Below are positions 49,662-62,803 of a DNA stretch of 64,000 nucleotides, piece after piece (position 1 is the first letter of the stretch; the number at the start of each line of letters is the position of its first letter). The position numbers and the translations under genes are program-made. The notes under the pieces were generated by a model. That model was not told the origin of the DNA, did not search any database, and saw nothing but the letters and a program-made list of their open reading frames with translations. This DNA comes from Mobula birostris. Its lineage: Eukaryota. Location of the stretch: contig NC_092398.1 in the NCBI RefSeq assembly GCF_030028105.1, positions 25,311,649-25,375,648 of the forward strand. Reading direction: 5' to 3'.

Positions 49662-50960
49662 GAGTAACATGACGACTGGAGATGAGGTAAGAGTTGGGAC
49701 TAGTTCAGAGACTAGGGGCTTAGGGTTAGTAATGGGGGTTAGGGTTTTAAATTGGGGTATGGCCTTTGTCTCTCAGTCGCTCTTTTTCTGTCTTCCCCCC
49801 TGCACCATCTCCCCCATCAGCCCCCACTCTGTTTCCCCGAACCTTTCTATCTCTGCTTCTCCTCCTACCCTCCACCTGCCTCTTCTCCTTCCCTTCTCTC
49901 TCCCTCCTTCTCTCTCTCCCTCTCTCTCTTTCACCTTTCATTTTCCTCCCTCTCTGTATCTCTCTTTGTCCGTCTTTCTCTCTGTTACTGTCCACGTCCC
50001 TGTCCTTCCATGTTTCTTCCCCATGCCTTTCTGTTACTGCCCGGGACAGCTTCTAACTCATATCATAGAGTCTTGAAGAGTCAAAGAGCAGTCCAGCATG
50101 GATACAGGCCTTTCGGCTCAGCCAATCCATGTAAACCATGCTGCCCCCTCAGCTTGTCCCAGTTTCCTGAATTTGGACAATATCTCTCCAATCCTCACCA
50201 TCACAATGATGCACACTAATCTAAAAACACGGTAAATATAAAACAGCATGTCTCTTTGCAACCAAATCTATGCAAATACCTCTTCAGTGATACTGTTATG
50301 TCCGCCTCAACCACTTCCTCTTGACAGGTCATTCCATCTACTTACAACCCTCTGTGTAAATAAAAACGTTGATCCTCAGGTCCCATGTAAATGATCCTGT
50401 CTCATCCGGCCACTGACAATACAGTTCAACGTTTTCATATGATGTAATCTGAGCTTTCCGAATCTTTTTTCTAAATTTAAATTATATGATGAGAGGAGCA
50501 GAGTTAACGGCATTATTGAACATGTCCGACATAAGCTGTTGGTCTAGCCCTGTTTTGTTTTTTTTCTTGGGGTTTTTTTTTCTTTTGGGGTTTTTTTTGT
50601 TTATATATTTTTTTTTCTTTTTATTTTTTTTTAATGTTTAATTTCATTATGAGTTTGGAAGTCTTTTATATCTATGTTACTTAAAATTCATTTTATATAT
50701 GCTGATGAACATTTTTCCAATCTCTTCGTACCAACTTTGTTACTGAGTTTGTAATTTTTAAAAAATAATAAAAAGATTTAAAAAGAAAGAAAGACAATAC
50801 AGTTCTGTGTTGGTTTGCCTTCCCAGAATGCATCATTTTGTGTTGTCCACAACTTTAGTGATCAGGCCTGGTGAATTTGTGACCAACCCTGTGGCAGCCC
50901 ACTAGTCACCAGCTGCCATTCCGAGACACAACCTTCAACCCCCACTCTCTGCTTCCTGCC
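49662..50960. repeat. Copy 2 of the local direct duplication
   Basis: See 45370-46320. This copy carries an extra L1/Tx1-type insertion. Confidence 0.8.
50428..50792 (+). mobile_element. 5'-truncated non-LTR element (L1/Tx1-like 3' end)
   Basis: 13-bp TSD gacaatacagttc (50415-50427, 50793-50805), T-rich 3' UTR, aataa and A-rich tail. Absent from copy 1. Confidence 0.8.
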
Positions 50961-53900
50961 TCCTATCATAAGACCATAAGATATAGGAGCAGAGTAGGCC
51001 ATTTGGCCCATCGCATTTTCTCCACCATTTCATCATGGCTGATCCATTTTCCTTCTCAGCCACAATCTCCAAGCTTGGTATTGTACCTCAATACATGTGA
51101 AAATTGTAAAACAACTTAAGTTTGAAGGTGGGACAAAGTTAAGATGGCACCAAATGGTGACTCCTTTACTTGCATCTTTGGAAACACCTTTATTTCTATC
51201 TTAAATATCTCTTTTTTTCCCCTTTTCAGGGTGTCCTATTGACCTGGAGTTACACTCTGACCAGTTCTTTGCGGGAATGGAATCCGCTCTCAGGGCTCAT
51301 GACCTGCCGGTTTTTGATATCCCAAGGACGTGTCCTGGAACACGAGCACGCTCTCAGGGTTTCGGGATTTCGTGTCTCTGGGGAAGCGCTGACTCTAGGC
51401 TAGTGCCACTCACTGAAGCGTCGTGGGAGAACACGGAACATCAGGAGCCGCAGGTTAGCTGCCAGGGGTTGTGTGTCCGGGGAGCTGCGCCTTTCTGATG
51501 CCAAGTCTCTGGGCATACAGCTCGGAAAAAGTGACGCAACAGACTTTTAACATCGTAACTCAGCGAGTTGTTTGTTATGTCTCCCCTCTCACTGTGAAAC
51601 GAGGACTCCTCTTTTTCCCTTAGGAGGGAGAGAAAGAGCCTGTGGTACGTCGAATTACTGGGTGAACAAGTAGCTTTTGGCGAACTGCAAGTCTGTGTCT
51701 TTACTGATGCTTTGTTGCACGCTTGAGTGCTCAGTGGAGGGTGCTGATGCTTTTGTGCTGGTTGGGGTGGAAGGGTGTCATTGCCTTGATGCTGCTTGTG
51801 GGTGGGAGGGGGAGTTGGGGGGCACTTTGGTGTTCAAATGTTTTAACTGTCATTCATTCTTTGGGGCACTCCTCTGTTTTTGTGGATGTCTGCGAAGAAA
51901 AAGAATTTCAGGATGTATTTCGTATACATTTCTCTGACATAAAATGCACCTATTGAATGACCTTATACACCTCTACAAGGTCGCCCCATATTCTGACCAC
52001 CTCTCCTCTTACAGCACCTCCCCTTGCAACATACCATATGCCATAAGAGACCATAAGACATAAGAGAAGTGTTAGGTTATTCAGCCTATTGATTCTATTT
52101 TGCCATTCAGTCATGACTGATCTATTTTCCTTCTCTACCCCATTCTCCAGCCTTGTCCCATAACCTTTGACACCCTTTGTAACCATGAACCTATGACAAG
52201 AATCTCCCCTTGTAATATTGATCAGTGAGGCACACAGTATCTGTAATTACCGACAAGTAACCTTTATTGTCTCATCTGAAAAGCACATGGGTTCACAAAC
52301 TAACTACCTGTGTGGACCCCACTAGAATCCCTGATGCCCCCCCCATGAACAGTAAATAAAAAGAAAAGATATTACCCAGGGAAAGGAGGCTACACTGCCG
52401 AGGCGTTCTTCGTGTTTCCGAGTTCCACGTGTCCGTGGGATTCTCCTTATCCGTGATGGTTGGTGTCTGGCAGCTGGAGAGTTATTGCCCCGACATATTT
52501 AGAGCTCCTGGCTCTTATAGTGTTCCGCATCAATTGAACTGGTGGATCTCCATCCCATTGACTCAAGCTCACCTGACCTACCTGTGTCACCTTCTTATTG
52601 GTTCTAGTCCAGGGCTACAACCAACATTGTTTCATGGTTCTGCCCAGCTCACCCTTGTGTGTATGTGTCTTTCAACTCTGACTGGTCCAAACCAGTTTAA
52701 TGAGGTGACCCAGATAGACTCTAACGAGATTACAGGTTGCTTCTTTGGTAGGTCAGGCATTTTACATTATAAGTAGCTACTCGTCTGAGAATGGTCTCAG
52801 GTTTAGCAAGTCATTACCCGAAGCTGCTTGTGTCCACTTTCAATTGCTCTGATTAGGGTATCCAGGAGCAAGAAACAGTTCAAAGTCTACAAAATTGAGA
52901 GAACCAAAGACTGTCTGCTTCCCCTGTCCTTGATTCATCAAATCCAGTAATTGCAGATTGTAGTTTCTTCTGGCCAACATCTCCCTCCTCTTGATGCAAA
53001 AATATTTGCCAGGATCATTATCCTCCTCTCATTCAGTTGACTGCCCATAGGACTGCCATGGAACCCCCAATAGGTGTGCAATATTTACATTCTATAAATA
53101 ATATTAGCAGTTACTTACTAAATTCACCCAGTTTATACTGACAATCATCTTTGATGTTTCGTGAAAGTATTATCCTCTATTTTTTCCACTTTGTTCCATT
53201 ATTTCAGCCTTCCATCTTCTCAGTTGATATACATTGAGCAATACAATTATCAGGATACATAAAATTAGTATTACAGCGCCATGTGATACTACCCTCACCC
53301 ACGGATGTACTTAAACATTTGTTCCCCAATTGCAAAACTTACACTAAAAGCCTGGGTCACTCAATATTTCATTTGCCTTACCAGCACGTGTTTTAATTAC
53401 TTTAGTGAGCTCAGTCCATTGATGGATTATCTACCTTGACTTCTCCACAACACGTGTCCAGTCTGCAATCAAGTGAGGAATTGGTGGCAGCTCACTAACA
53501 ACATAAGTCCCACAGATATTCATTTGTATCAGAGCTTTGGATCCAGAAATTCTCCTTCATTACTGTGTCTCCTGCTGGCTGAGGCAAAGTTTCTTCTCCA
53601 ATGGCCAGATCTAAAGTCACATTCCCTTTGGCGGCATTGTGACTTTCCAAAGGGCATTGCTTCCATCCCTTGGTATAACTTGTGGCCCCTGTTGCTCTAT
53701 AACATTGTCTGTCCCACCAATCATATTGTAAATAGACTAATTATTCAGAGGCAAAGTAGACAATGAATAACTTTCATAAGTACTGAAACCACTATTTGTA
53801 AGCTTCTGCTTTGTAATTTCTTTTGAACAAGACCGGTGGACCTGATGGCATCTTGATAGTCTATCCCTTTCCCAGTACTATCATAATAATAGCATGTGTT

Positions 53901-55787
53901 GGTGGGTTAGTTAAGGATATCTTCTATTCTCATGATATTTACCAACGTTGTGAAACCTTTTCAAAGGGTAGGTTGAATTATTTCCATGTCAGGGAATGTG
54001 GAATACTGCTCCGAAATAAAACCTTCCTTTAAGGCTTCTTATATGATACAATGGCACCCTTTGTCTGACCCATTCTTTTATCTGCTCATCTGAGACCCAA
54101 TTAAGTACTTGATGTGCATCAAGTTGCAATAAATTAGTGCCAAGGGGTGCCAATCGTGCAGACAGTAGCACCAGCTCCCACTGGTAGGGTGTTGGTGGGA
54201 GTTCCTCGGGAAACGGTGCTTCGTAGTTATCGTAGCCGTATCGAGTAGCTTCATCTGCTAAATCATGCCAATCAATATCTCCATATTCACCTTCCTCCCC
54301 TTTTTCAGATCCAAAAGCACATATTATTCCTCGCTGTGCAGAAAGTTGGTCCTGCAGCTTTTGAATCTGCTTTAAACTCTTTGCATGTTCGCCAGTGTTA
54401 CTCTTGCTCTCCTGTGCTGATTTCTGAATCACATTCATAGCCGTCTTTAAATCACCGCACTGTTTCCTTAATCCCTCCACTTCATCCTTCGCTAGTTCGA
54501 CTGCTTCCTCTAGTTTACTTTTTTCTTTGTAATGGCTCACACTTCAAATGAAACTGGTTCATAAGCAATTAAGCATCAACTCCATACCTCACTGACCCTG
54601 GAAATCAGTAACCCTTTCTCTAAAGGTTTCTATCCCCCTTTGCAGCCTTTTGTGTTCTCCTTCTAACCTAGCTCGCTGGCGTCTGCGTTATGCTGCTATT
54701 CTAGAATTTCCTGTCGTAACCTATCTCGCTGGGCTTCAGTTTTCTTCTGATATGCTAGGATTTCCTGTTGTAATCTTTCCCGCTCGGCTTCTGCCTTATG
54801 CCGACATTTGTTTTTCGTGTCTGATCTGTGCCGTTCTGCTTTGGCATTCTGTCATAATTCTATCAAATCCTCAATTAAACAGGCAAACGCTACTTTTTTT
54901 TTGCAATTGTTTAAACTTCCTGCCCGACAGCTTCCCTGGAGCAACTTTCCACAGGGCATCCCCAACAGTTTTCCCTTCACAGCCAGGGGGGCCGACTAGC
55001 ACCTCATATTGCGGCCACATCTCCAACACATATTTCTGGAGGTATCCGCTCCAACCAAAACAACCCAAGATCTTCGGACTTGTAGAATTTCCTGAATTCT
55101 TCATCTTGGGTTAGTAACCGCTAACTACCCAGCCCCAGACCTCTCTACCTCACCCATGTGGTCCGACTCGAGTCTCCCGCTGAATGAAGAGATTTATCCC
55201 CGAGCACCCAACAGCGGACGCCAACTCTGTTACAAGAATCATCATCCTTTGTAATAATTATCAGTGAGGCATAGAGAATTTGTATTTACCGACAAGTAAC
55301 TTTATTTGTCTTATCTAAAAAGCACGTGGTTTCACAAACTAACTATGTTTGTGCAACCTACTAGACTCCCTGCCCGCCCTCACCCCGCCCAGTTACCCGG
55401 GAAAGGAGTCTGTCCTGGCCAGGCGTTCCTCGCAGTCCCGATCTCCACGTGTCCAGAGTGTCCTTCTTATCCGCGACGGTTGGTCTCTGGTTGCTGCAGG
55501 GTCTTCACCCCTGTGTATTTTGAGCTCCTGACTCGTTGTGTTCCTCAGAAATTGAACTGGTGGATCTCCATCCCATTGGCTCAAGGTCACCTGACCTACC
55601 TAGGTCACCTTCTCACTGATCCTTATACAGAGCTACAACCAATTTTGTTTCATGGTTCTGCCCAGCTTGTGTATTTGTATCTTTGGTGCAAAGCAGTTAA
55701 ATGAGGCGACCCAGACAGAGTCTAACGAGATTACAGATGGTTTCTTTGGCAGGGCTAGCACCTTACGCAAATAGCTACTTGTCTGAA

Positions 55788-57143
55788 AGAGACTTGTTCT
55801 GGATTCTCCGGCCGATGGTCAGGCCACACTTAGATCCCCTCCAGTTCGCCTACCAGCCAAGACTAGGAGTTGAGGATGCCATCGTCTACCTGCTGAACCG
55901 TGTCTACGCCCACCTGGACAAGCCAGCGAGCACTGTGAGGGTCATGTTTTTTCACTTCTCCAGTGCGTTCAACACCATCCGCCCGGCTCTGCTGGGGGAG
56001 AAGCTGACAGCGATGCAGGTGGATGCTTCCCTGGTGTCATGGATTCTTGATTACCTGGCTGGCAGACCACAGTGTGCTTGCAACACTGTGTGTCCGACAG
56101 AGTGATCAGCAGCACTGGGGCTCCACAGGGGACTGTCTTGTCTCCCTTTCTCTTCACCATTTACACCTCGAACTTCAACTACTGCACAGAGTCTTGTCAT
56201 CTTCAGAAGTTTTCTGATGACTCTGCCATAGTTGGATGAATCAGCAAGGGAGATGAGGTTGAGTACAGGGCTACGGTAGGAAACTTTGTCACATGGTGTG
56301 AGCAGAATTAACTGCAGCTTAATGTGAAAAAGACTAATGAGCTGGTGGTACACCTGAGGAGAGCTAAGGTACCGGTGACTCCTGTTTCTATCCAGGGGGT
56401 CAGTGTGGACATGGTGGAGGATTACAAATACCTGGAGATACAAATGGACAATAAACTGGACTGGTCAAAGAACACTGAGTCTGTCTACAAGAAGGGTCAG
56501 AGCCGTCTCTATTTCCTGAGGAGACTGAGGTCCTTTAACATCTGCTGGACGATGCTGAGGATGTTCTACGAGTCTGTGGTGGCCAGTGCTATCATGTTTG
56601 CTGTTGTGTGCTGGGGCAGCAGGCTGAGGGTAGCAGACACCAACGGAATCAACAAACTCATTCGTAAGGCCAGTGATGTTGTGGGGATGAAACTGGACTC
56701 TCTCACGGTGGTGTCTGAAAAGAGGATGCTGTCTAAGTTGCTGCCATCTTGGACAATGTCTCCCATCCACTACATAATGTACTGGGTGGGCACAGGAGTA
56801 CATTCAGCCAGAGACTCATTCCTCCGAGATGCAGCACAGAGCATCATAGGAAGTCATTCCTGCCTGTGGCCATCAAACTTTACAACGCCTCCCTTGGAGG
56901 GTCAGATAGGCTGGTCCTGGACATTTCATAATTTACTGGTATAATTTACATATTACTATTTAACTATTTATTACTATTTTCTATTACCATTCTATTACTA
57001 TTTATTATTTCTATGACTATTACTATTACTATTTACTAATTGTAATATTACTATTACTATTTGTATTACTATTTATTATTTATGGTGCAACGGTAACGAA
57101 AACCAATTTCCCCCGGGATCAATAAAGTATGACTATGACTATG
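55788..57143 (+). mobile_element. Rex1/Babar-like LINE, 5'-truncated, inserted in an LTR
   Basis: LDPLQFAYQPRLGVEDAIVYLL, MFFHFSSAFNTI, KGQSRLYFLRRLRSF. 3' tail (tatgac)n. Confidence 0.88.
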
Positions 57144-57306
57144 AAATGGTCTCAGGTTTAACGTCATTACCTGAAGCTTCTTTGTGTCAACATTCAATTA
57201 CTCTGATTAGATTATCCCAGAGCAATAATCAGTTCAGAGTCCACAAAATGGAGCGGGAGGGGAAACAGAGATAATTAGTTTGTCTGCTTCCCCGTTTTGA
57301 TACGTC

Positions 57307-57399
57307 TGTAATGTACCCCTAGGGTTCATATTTTCTGAGGACTGTCACTTTAAAATGTCGGGAGAATGAGACTGACTTTTGGACACTGTTTGAGCTGCT

Positions 57400-57443
<44 letters not shown>

Positions 57444-58605
57444 TTATTTGATGGACAATCGATGTTATGGTTTCTCTGCAGCTTGTTTTGAATATACAAG
57501 GACACACAGACACACACAGTTAGAGTGAAGATGGATTAGGTCGATGGAAGACACCAGTGAGTTGGTCGCTGGTTTAAACTTTTAGTAGCCCAAAACGGGT
57601 GAGTTGAGATCGATTCTGAGTATTGACAAATGACTCTCACAAGTTTTCTGCAACTAGGCCAAGTTTGCAGGAAGAGAAGAGAGGAGAGATAGGTTTGAAA
57701 CAGAAGAAATCTAGAGACAAAGAGATCACTGTTTGGACTCTCTCTCCAAGTAGCCCGTGAAGGTGAGTTGGTTTCTATTCAACTGCAAAAGTGTGATTGT
57801 CACTTAGTTAATCCACAGGAGTGGGTTCTCTGGTGAGGGGAAAACCTTTGTGAACACCACGTGTGTGTTTACCCTTTTGTCTGGGTGTGGTAGTTCACTG
57901 AAGAACTACCCTGTGGCAAATCACTGTTGCAGTTATTTCGTATGTCGCGGAACTGGTAAGTGGCTATCATGTTGTGTGTTTGGGGTAACCTTGTGGAACC
58001 TACCGGTGTGTCGACCCTTTGCCTGGGTGGTGGTTCCCTTGAAGAGGGGCCCCTTTGTGATAAGCTACTATTGGTGATAATCCATACGTGGATTCTGTTG
58101 GAGTATCCTGTGGCCACCACTTTGAGATGTCCCATAGCTGAATTCGGGCATGGTACCACTTGTGTTAAAAGGATATTTGTTGAAGATCACTGTCGGTGAA
58201 ATTTTGTGTGTGGAGTGGAACAACTTCGGAGATAAAACCTATTACTATTGTTATTTTGTATTGCTGTCATGGAATCTGTGGAATATCGATGTAATTGCCT
58301 TCTCACAACATCCGCCTTTGAATTACAAACATCTCGCATTAATTAGCCCGTGCATCACGAACTGAATTTACTTCGCTTACATACCATCGTAAGACTGTAT
58401 CAATTACCACCTAAGCTTGAAGAAGTTTAGGTTCTGTATTTCCACACCTATATATGCATAAACTGTGCTAACCTGTTCGATTTATCTGATTTTATGTTAC
58501 TTTATTACGTAGTTACTAATAAAATAGAATTAGTTAACAGCAAAACCAGACTCCAGGTGTGTTCCATTTCTGCTGGTTCTTTAACCCATTACGGGGTACA
58601 TAACA
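57307..58605 (+). mobile_element. Solo LTR nested in the provirus LTR
   Basis: tgtaatgtacccc...ggggtacataaca with flanks cgtc/catc. The 3' end resembles the solo LTR at 25996-26827. Confidence 0.85.
57402..57438. repeat. (GA)n microsatellite
   Basis: Direct reading. Confidence 0.95.
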
Positions 58606-59925
58606 CATCAATCCACTGACTGCATAACATAGTTTCTTCTGGCCAGTAGTATATTTCTCCCAATTACGTTACCCTACACCCTATAACTCAGGTTCTCAAA
58701 TCTCATCAACGTATTGTAATCTTTTTCTGTACACTTTTAATCTTATTGATATTCTTCCTTAGGTGAGTGATAAAAACTACACAATACTCCAAATTAGGCC
58801 TCACCTACGTCTTACACAATTTCAATGTAATATCCCAAACTCCTGTACTCAGTCCATTGATTTATGAATGTCAATGCACCAAAAGCTCCCTTCACAACCC
58901 TATCTACCTGTGACACCTCCTTAAAGGAATTATTCACATTTAAACTCATCAGGGCTCACTTTATTCACGGGAATAATTATTTCATTATCATTCATACATT
59001 AAAAATAAAATTGCGCAGGCAGGGGTGTTAAAAGACAACATCCAACAGCCTAGAAAATCAGCCAGTCTGGCACATCATTAGGATTTTGCAGCATTGTAGC
59101 ATAGCAGTTAGCAAAATGCCATTAAAGCGCCAGCAATCACCAATCGGAGATCAATTCCTGCTGCTGTCTGTAAGGAGTTTGTACTTTCTCCCCATGACGG
59201 TGTGTGTTTCCTCCAGGAGCTCCCGTTTCCTCCCACGTACAGTTAGGGTTAGCAAGCTGTGGGCAGGCTAACCTGGTGCCAGAAGCATGGTGACACTCGC
59301 AGCCTGCCCTTGGCACAATCTTCACTGATTGATTCGATGCAAACATCGCATTTCACTGTCTGTGTCAAGGTACATGTGACAATAAAGCCAATCTTCACCT
59401 TAATCTTTAAGAAGACAGATAGATTTCTGCAAGTAGAAGTCATCGAAGAGTGTGAGGAAAGAACAAAAGCATCATGTTTTGATGGGATTAGACATTATCG
59501 TAATGAATGAGGCAAAATACTTGAGGTGTAAGTGAAATAACACAGAGATACTGGAAATCTTGGGCAATTCCAATCAGGTATCTGCAGTGTTTTTTTTCCT
59601 GAGTTTCACAGACCTCAAAAGCCAACCACCTGTTCCAGCTTATATGAAGAGGGTTACCTTCAAGATGGGCCAATATGCACTGACCCCCTGAATCTGCCCG
59701 GGTCTGTGGATTCACGTGGGCAGGAGGAATGAGGACAGGTGATCCCTTTGGTGCACAAGTTGGCGAGGCTGGAGTTGAAGGTCCTTTCACTGGCAGGTCC
59801 TGGGGTCAATAACAAATATCGAAGCCTGAAGGTCAAACGGAAGTCTGGAGGTTGATATCGCCAAGATCATCGGAGGTTGGATGCTCAAAGGCGGACTGTC
59901 CTGGCGTTGGAGGACCATCTGTGTG

Positions 59926-59929
<4 letters not shown>

Positions 59930-59995
<66 letters not shown>
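59930..59995. repeat. (GT)n microsatellite
   Basis: Direct reading. Confidence 0.95.
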
Positions 59996-59997
<2 letters not shown>

Positions 59998-60689
59998 TGG
60001 GTGGTCGGGAGGAATGAAGTCTGCTTTGTTGTCGTTGATTTATTGCTGTTCTGTTGTTGTTTTGTTGCTCGTATTGTTCTGATAAACATTATGTTGGCGC
60101 CAGAATGTGTGGCGACCTTAAGTTATGTTGGTTGTTAATGCAAACGACATATTCCTCTGTATGCTTGCTTTCAATATACGTGTGACAAATTAATCTTTAT
60201 CGTTACCTTTAAGAAGAAAGATAGATTTCTGGATGTAGAAATTATCAAAGTGAGTAAAGAAAGAGAAAGAATATGTTGAGATCAGAGTATCAGTTCCCAA
60301 TTATATTGAATGCAGCAAAAGGCTTGAAGTATTGAAATAGGCAAGTGAAAAAACACGGAATAGATTTAGTGGCTATCCACTTGATATCATCTTGTAGACC
60401 TCCATGAAGTCATCTCTTGCCTTCCTTCGCTCCAAAGAGAAAAGCCTGAGCTCGCTTAATCTTTTCTAAGACATGCTCACCAATCCAGGCAGAATCCTGG
60501 TAAATCACCTCTGCACCCTCTCTAAAGCTTCCATGTCCTTCCTATGAGGTAACCAAAACTGAACACACTACTCCAAATGGGGTCAAACCAGAATTTAATT
60601 GAGCTGCAACATTACCTCCTCACTCTTGAATTGAATTCCCTGACTAATTGAAGGCAAGTACACCATACCCTTTCTTAAAGCGTAACAGT

Positions 60690-61260
60690 GGAAATGTGAG
60701 CAGTTTCCAGTTCTTGGGTGTTAACACCTCTGAAGATCTAATCTAGGTTCAACATATTGATGCAATTACAAAGAAGTCTCAATGGCGGCTGTATTTCATT
60801 GGGAGTTGGAAGAAAATTGGTATGTCACTACGGACACATGCAGATTTCTATAGATGTGCTATGGGGAGCATTCAAACTGGTTGCATCGCAGTTTGGTAAG
60901 GCAAGGCCGTGACACAGGATCAGAAAACTCTGTAGAAAGTTGTAAACTCAGCCAGCGGCATCATGGGCACTAGCTTCCTCAACATCCAGGACATCTTCAA
61001 AAGGCGATACGTCAGGCAGGTAGCATTCATCACAAAGGACCCCATCACCTAGGACATGTCTTCTCTTTGCTACCATCAAGGAGGAGGTATGGGAGCCTGA
61101 GGAGGCACATTCAATGTTTCAGGGACAGAATCTTCCCATCGTCCATCAGATTTCTGAATGGACAATGAACCCATGAACACCACCTCAGAATTTTTCCCTC
61201 TCTTTTTGCACTACGAATTTAATTTTATATGTCCTTCTTATTGTAATTCATAGTTTTATA
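60690..61260 (+). mobile_element. L2/Rex-like LINE 3' fragment
   Basis: Same 3' region family as 13940-14350 and 19080-19480. Confidence 0.65.
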
Positions 61261-62008
61261 TGTCAACAAGACAACAAATCAACAATTTACATGACATAAA
61301 AGGCATCCGTTAGTCTTACGAGACCATGGATCTGCACTTGGAAGGTCTTCACTCTCCAGGGCACAGTCCTGGGCAAGGTTGTATGGAAAACCGGCAGTTG
61401 CCCATGCTGCAAGACTCCCCTCTCTACGACACCAATGTTGTCCGAGGGAAGGGCACTAGAATCCATACAGCTTGGCACCAGTGTCGTCGCAGAGCAATGT
61501 GTAATTAAGTGCCTTGCTCAAGGACACAACACATGCTACCTCGGCTGGGGCTCAAACTCATGACCTTCAGGTCACTAATCCAATGCCTTAACTACTTGGC
61601 CACATTACGTATGCCAGTGGTATTAAACCTGATCTGATAACTTGTCCTATCAATCTTTGAGCGATCTATGGATGTGAGCCCCAAGATCCCTTTGCTTCTC
61701 CCCACTATTCATTAGAGGCATGCCTAGTTCTGGTCTACAGCACTACAGCTGGGGTGGCTTCTGTTCCGGTAAACTTTGTTGTATCCAATACTCTCAGCCA
61801 TTTCTGATAGTCACGCGGTCAACGTAAGTGTGGTCTAACAAGTGTGTTGTCTAACATGGGAGCAAAGGGATTGAAATTGTAACTTATGGTCAGATGGAAC
61901 CTGCAACTCAGAAGACAGAAATCACCATGTTTCATGCAATTCATTCGCAACACACCCTACCCTTGAGACGACTCTTCAACTATCCTTCTTCTCAATTGTG
62001 TTCATCAG

Positions 62009-62288
62009 GGAAGACAGTCGACTCCAACACAGCTCTGTGGTTCTCAGAAACAGGCCTGCGATTTGGTTACGATGGCAAAGACGACACCTGTTTTGATTTC
62101 TCTGTCAGGAAATCTGTGGCCAGTATTCCACTGTTGGAAGACTTTATCAGTGGTCTGAGCCACCACAAACCCTGTCTTTGAAGTCAACCGTACCAAGGAA
62201 GTTCTGATCCTGAATGCCAAGCTGTCTACATCATAACATCATGGAAGTTATGTTGAACTTGGAACAGAGCCAACTCGACAAATGCAAG
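62009..62288 (+). pseudogene. Degenerate MHC beta1 / class I alpha2-like exon (candidate W-category WB)
   Basis: Polypyrimidine tract plus catcag acceptor. Reads RFGYDGKDDTCFDFSVRKSVASIP, with a later Cys about 49 codons after the Tyr. 280 nt (out of frame), internal stop, donor would be GC. Confidence 0.5.
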
Positions 62289-62803
62289 GCAAATTGCTGA
62301 CAACAGCGCCCCCACCAGTTTCTTTACAAAACTACATTTATTATAAATTCAAACCACTGCAGTGTTCTGATACACTGCATTACAAACAAAAACCAGGCAA
62401 ATCATGTCTAACACAGATTAAGCTAACACATTCCTATCCTCAGTGAGGATAACATTTAGCTCCTCCCCCCCCCCCACCAAAGGAATCCCCCTGTCCCTCA
62501 AACATTGCCAGGTAATCAGCTCAGTCAGAACCCTCCACTACCCACCTCCAAAACACACAGGTAATTATCTTACCCAGCTACCAGGAGCAGGTTAACTAGG
62601 ACATCCACCTTTCTCCCTGACCCTCTGTACTGGATAACCAAGGATGAAAATGGTGTGGCTAACAGTGTCCCCACCTTCTGTGCATTGACACAGTAAGGTC
62701 AGTCAGCATAGGAGCAGGCCCTGTGGCCCATCATGACTATGCTGTCCATCAGAGTCACACAGCTCGGGAACAGGCCTTGTTCCTGTCAGTAACCTTATGT
62801 ACA

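Larger units (their letters stand above)
52194..58648 (-). mobile_element. Internally deleted retrovirus-like provirus (lokiretrovirus-like): gag N-terminus fused to env C-terminus
   Basis: 3' LTR 52194-52979 with PPT at 52980-52991. 5' LTR starts at 55228 and is split by two insertions, ending ~58648. PBS-like tggcgtcc at 55206-55223. Coiled-coil ORF 53989-54540. Env-like TM reading around 53150-53500. Confidence 0.72.
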
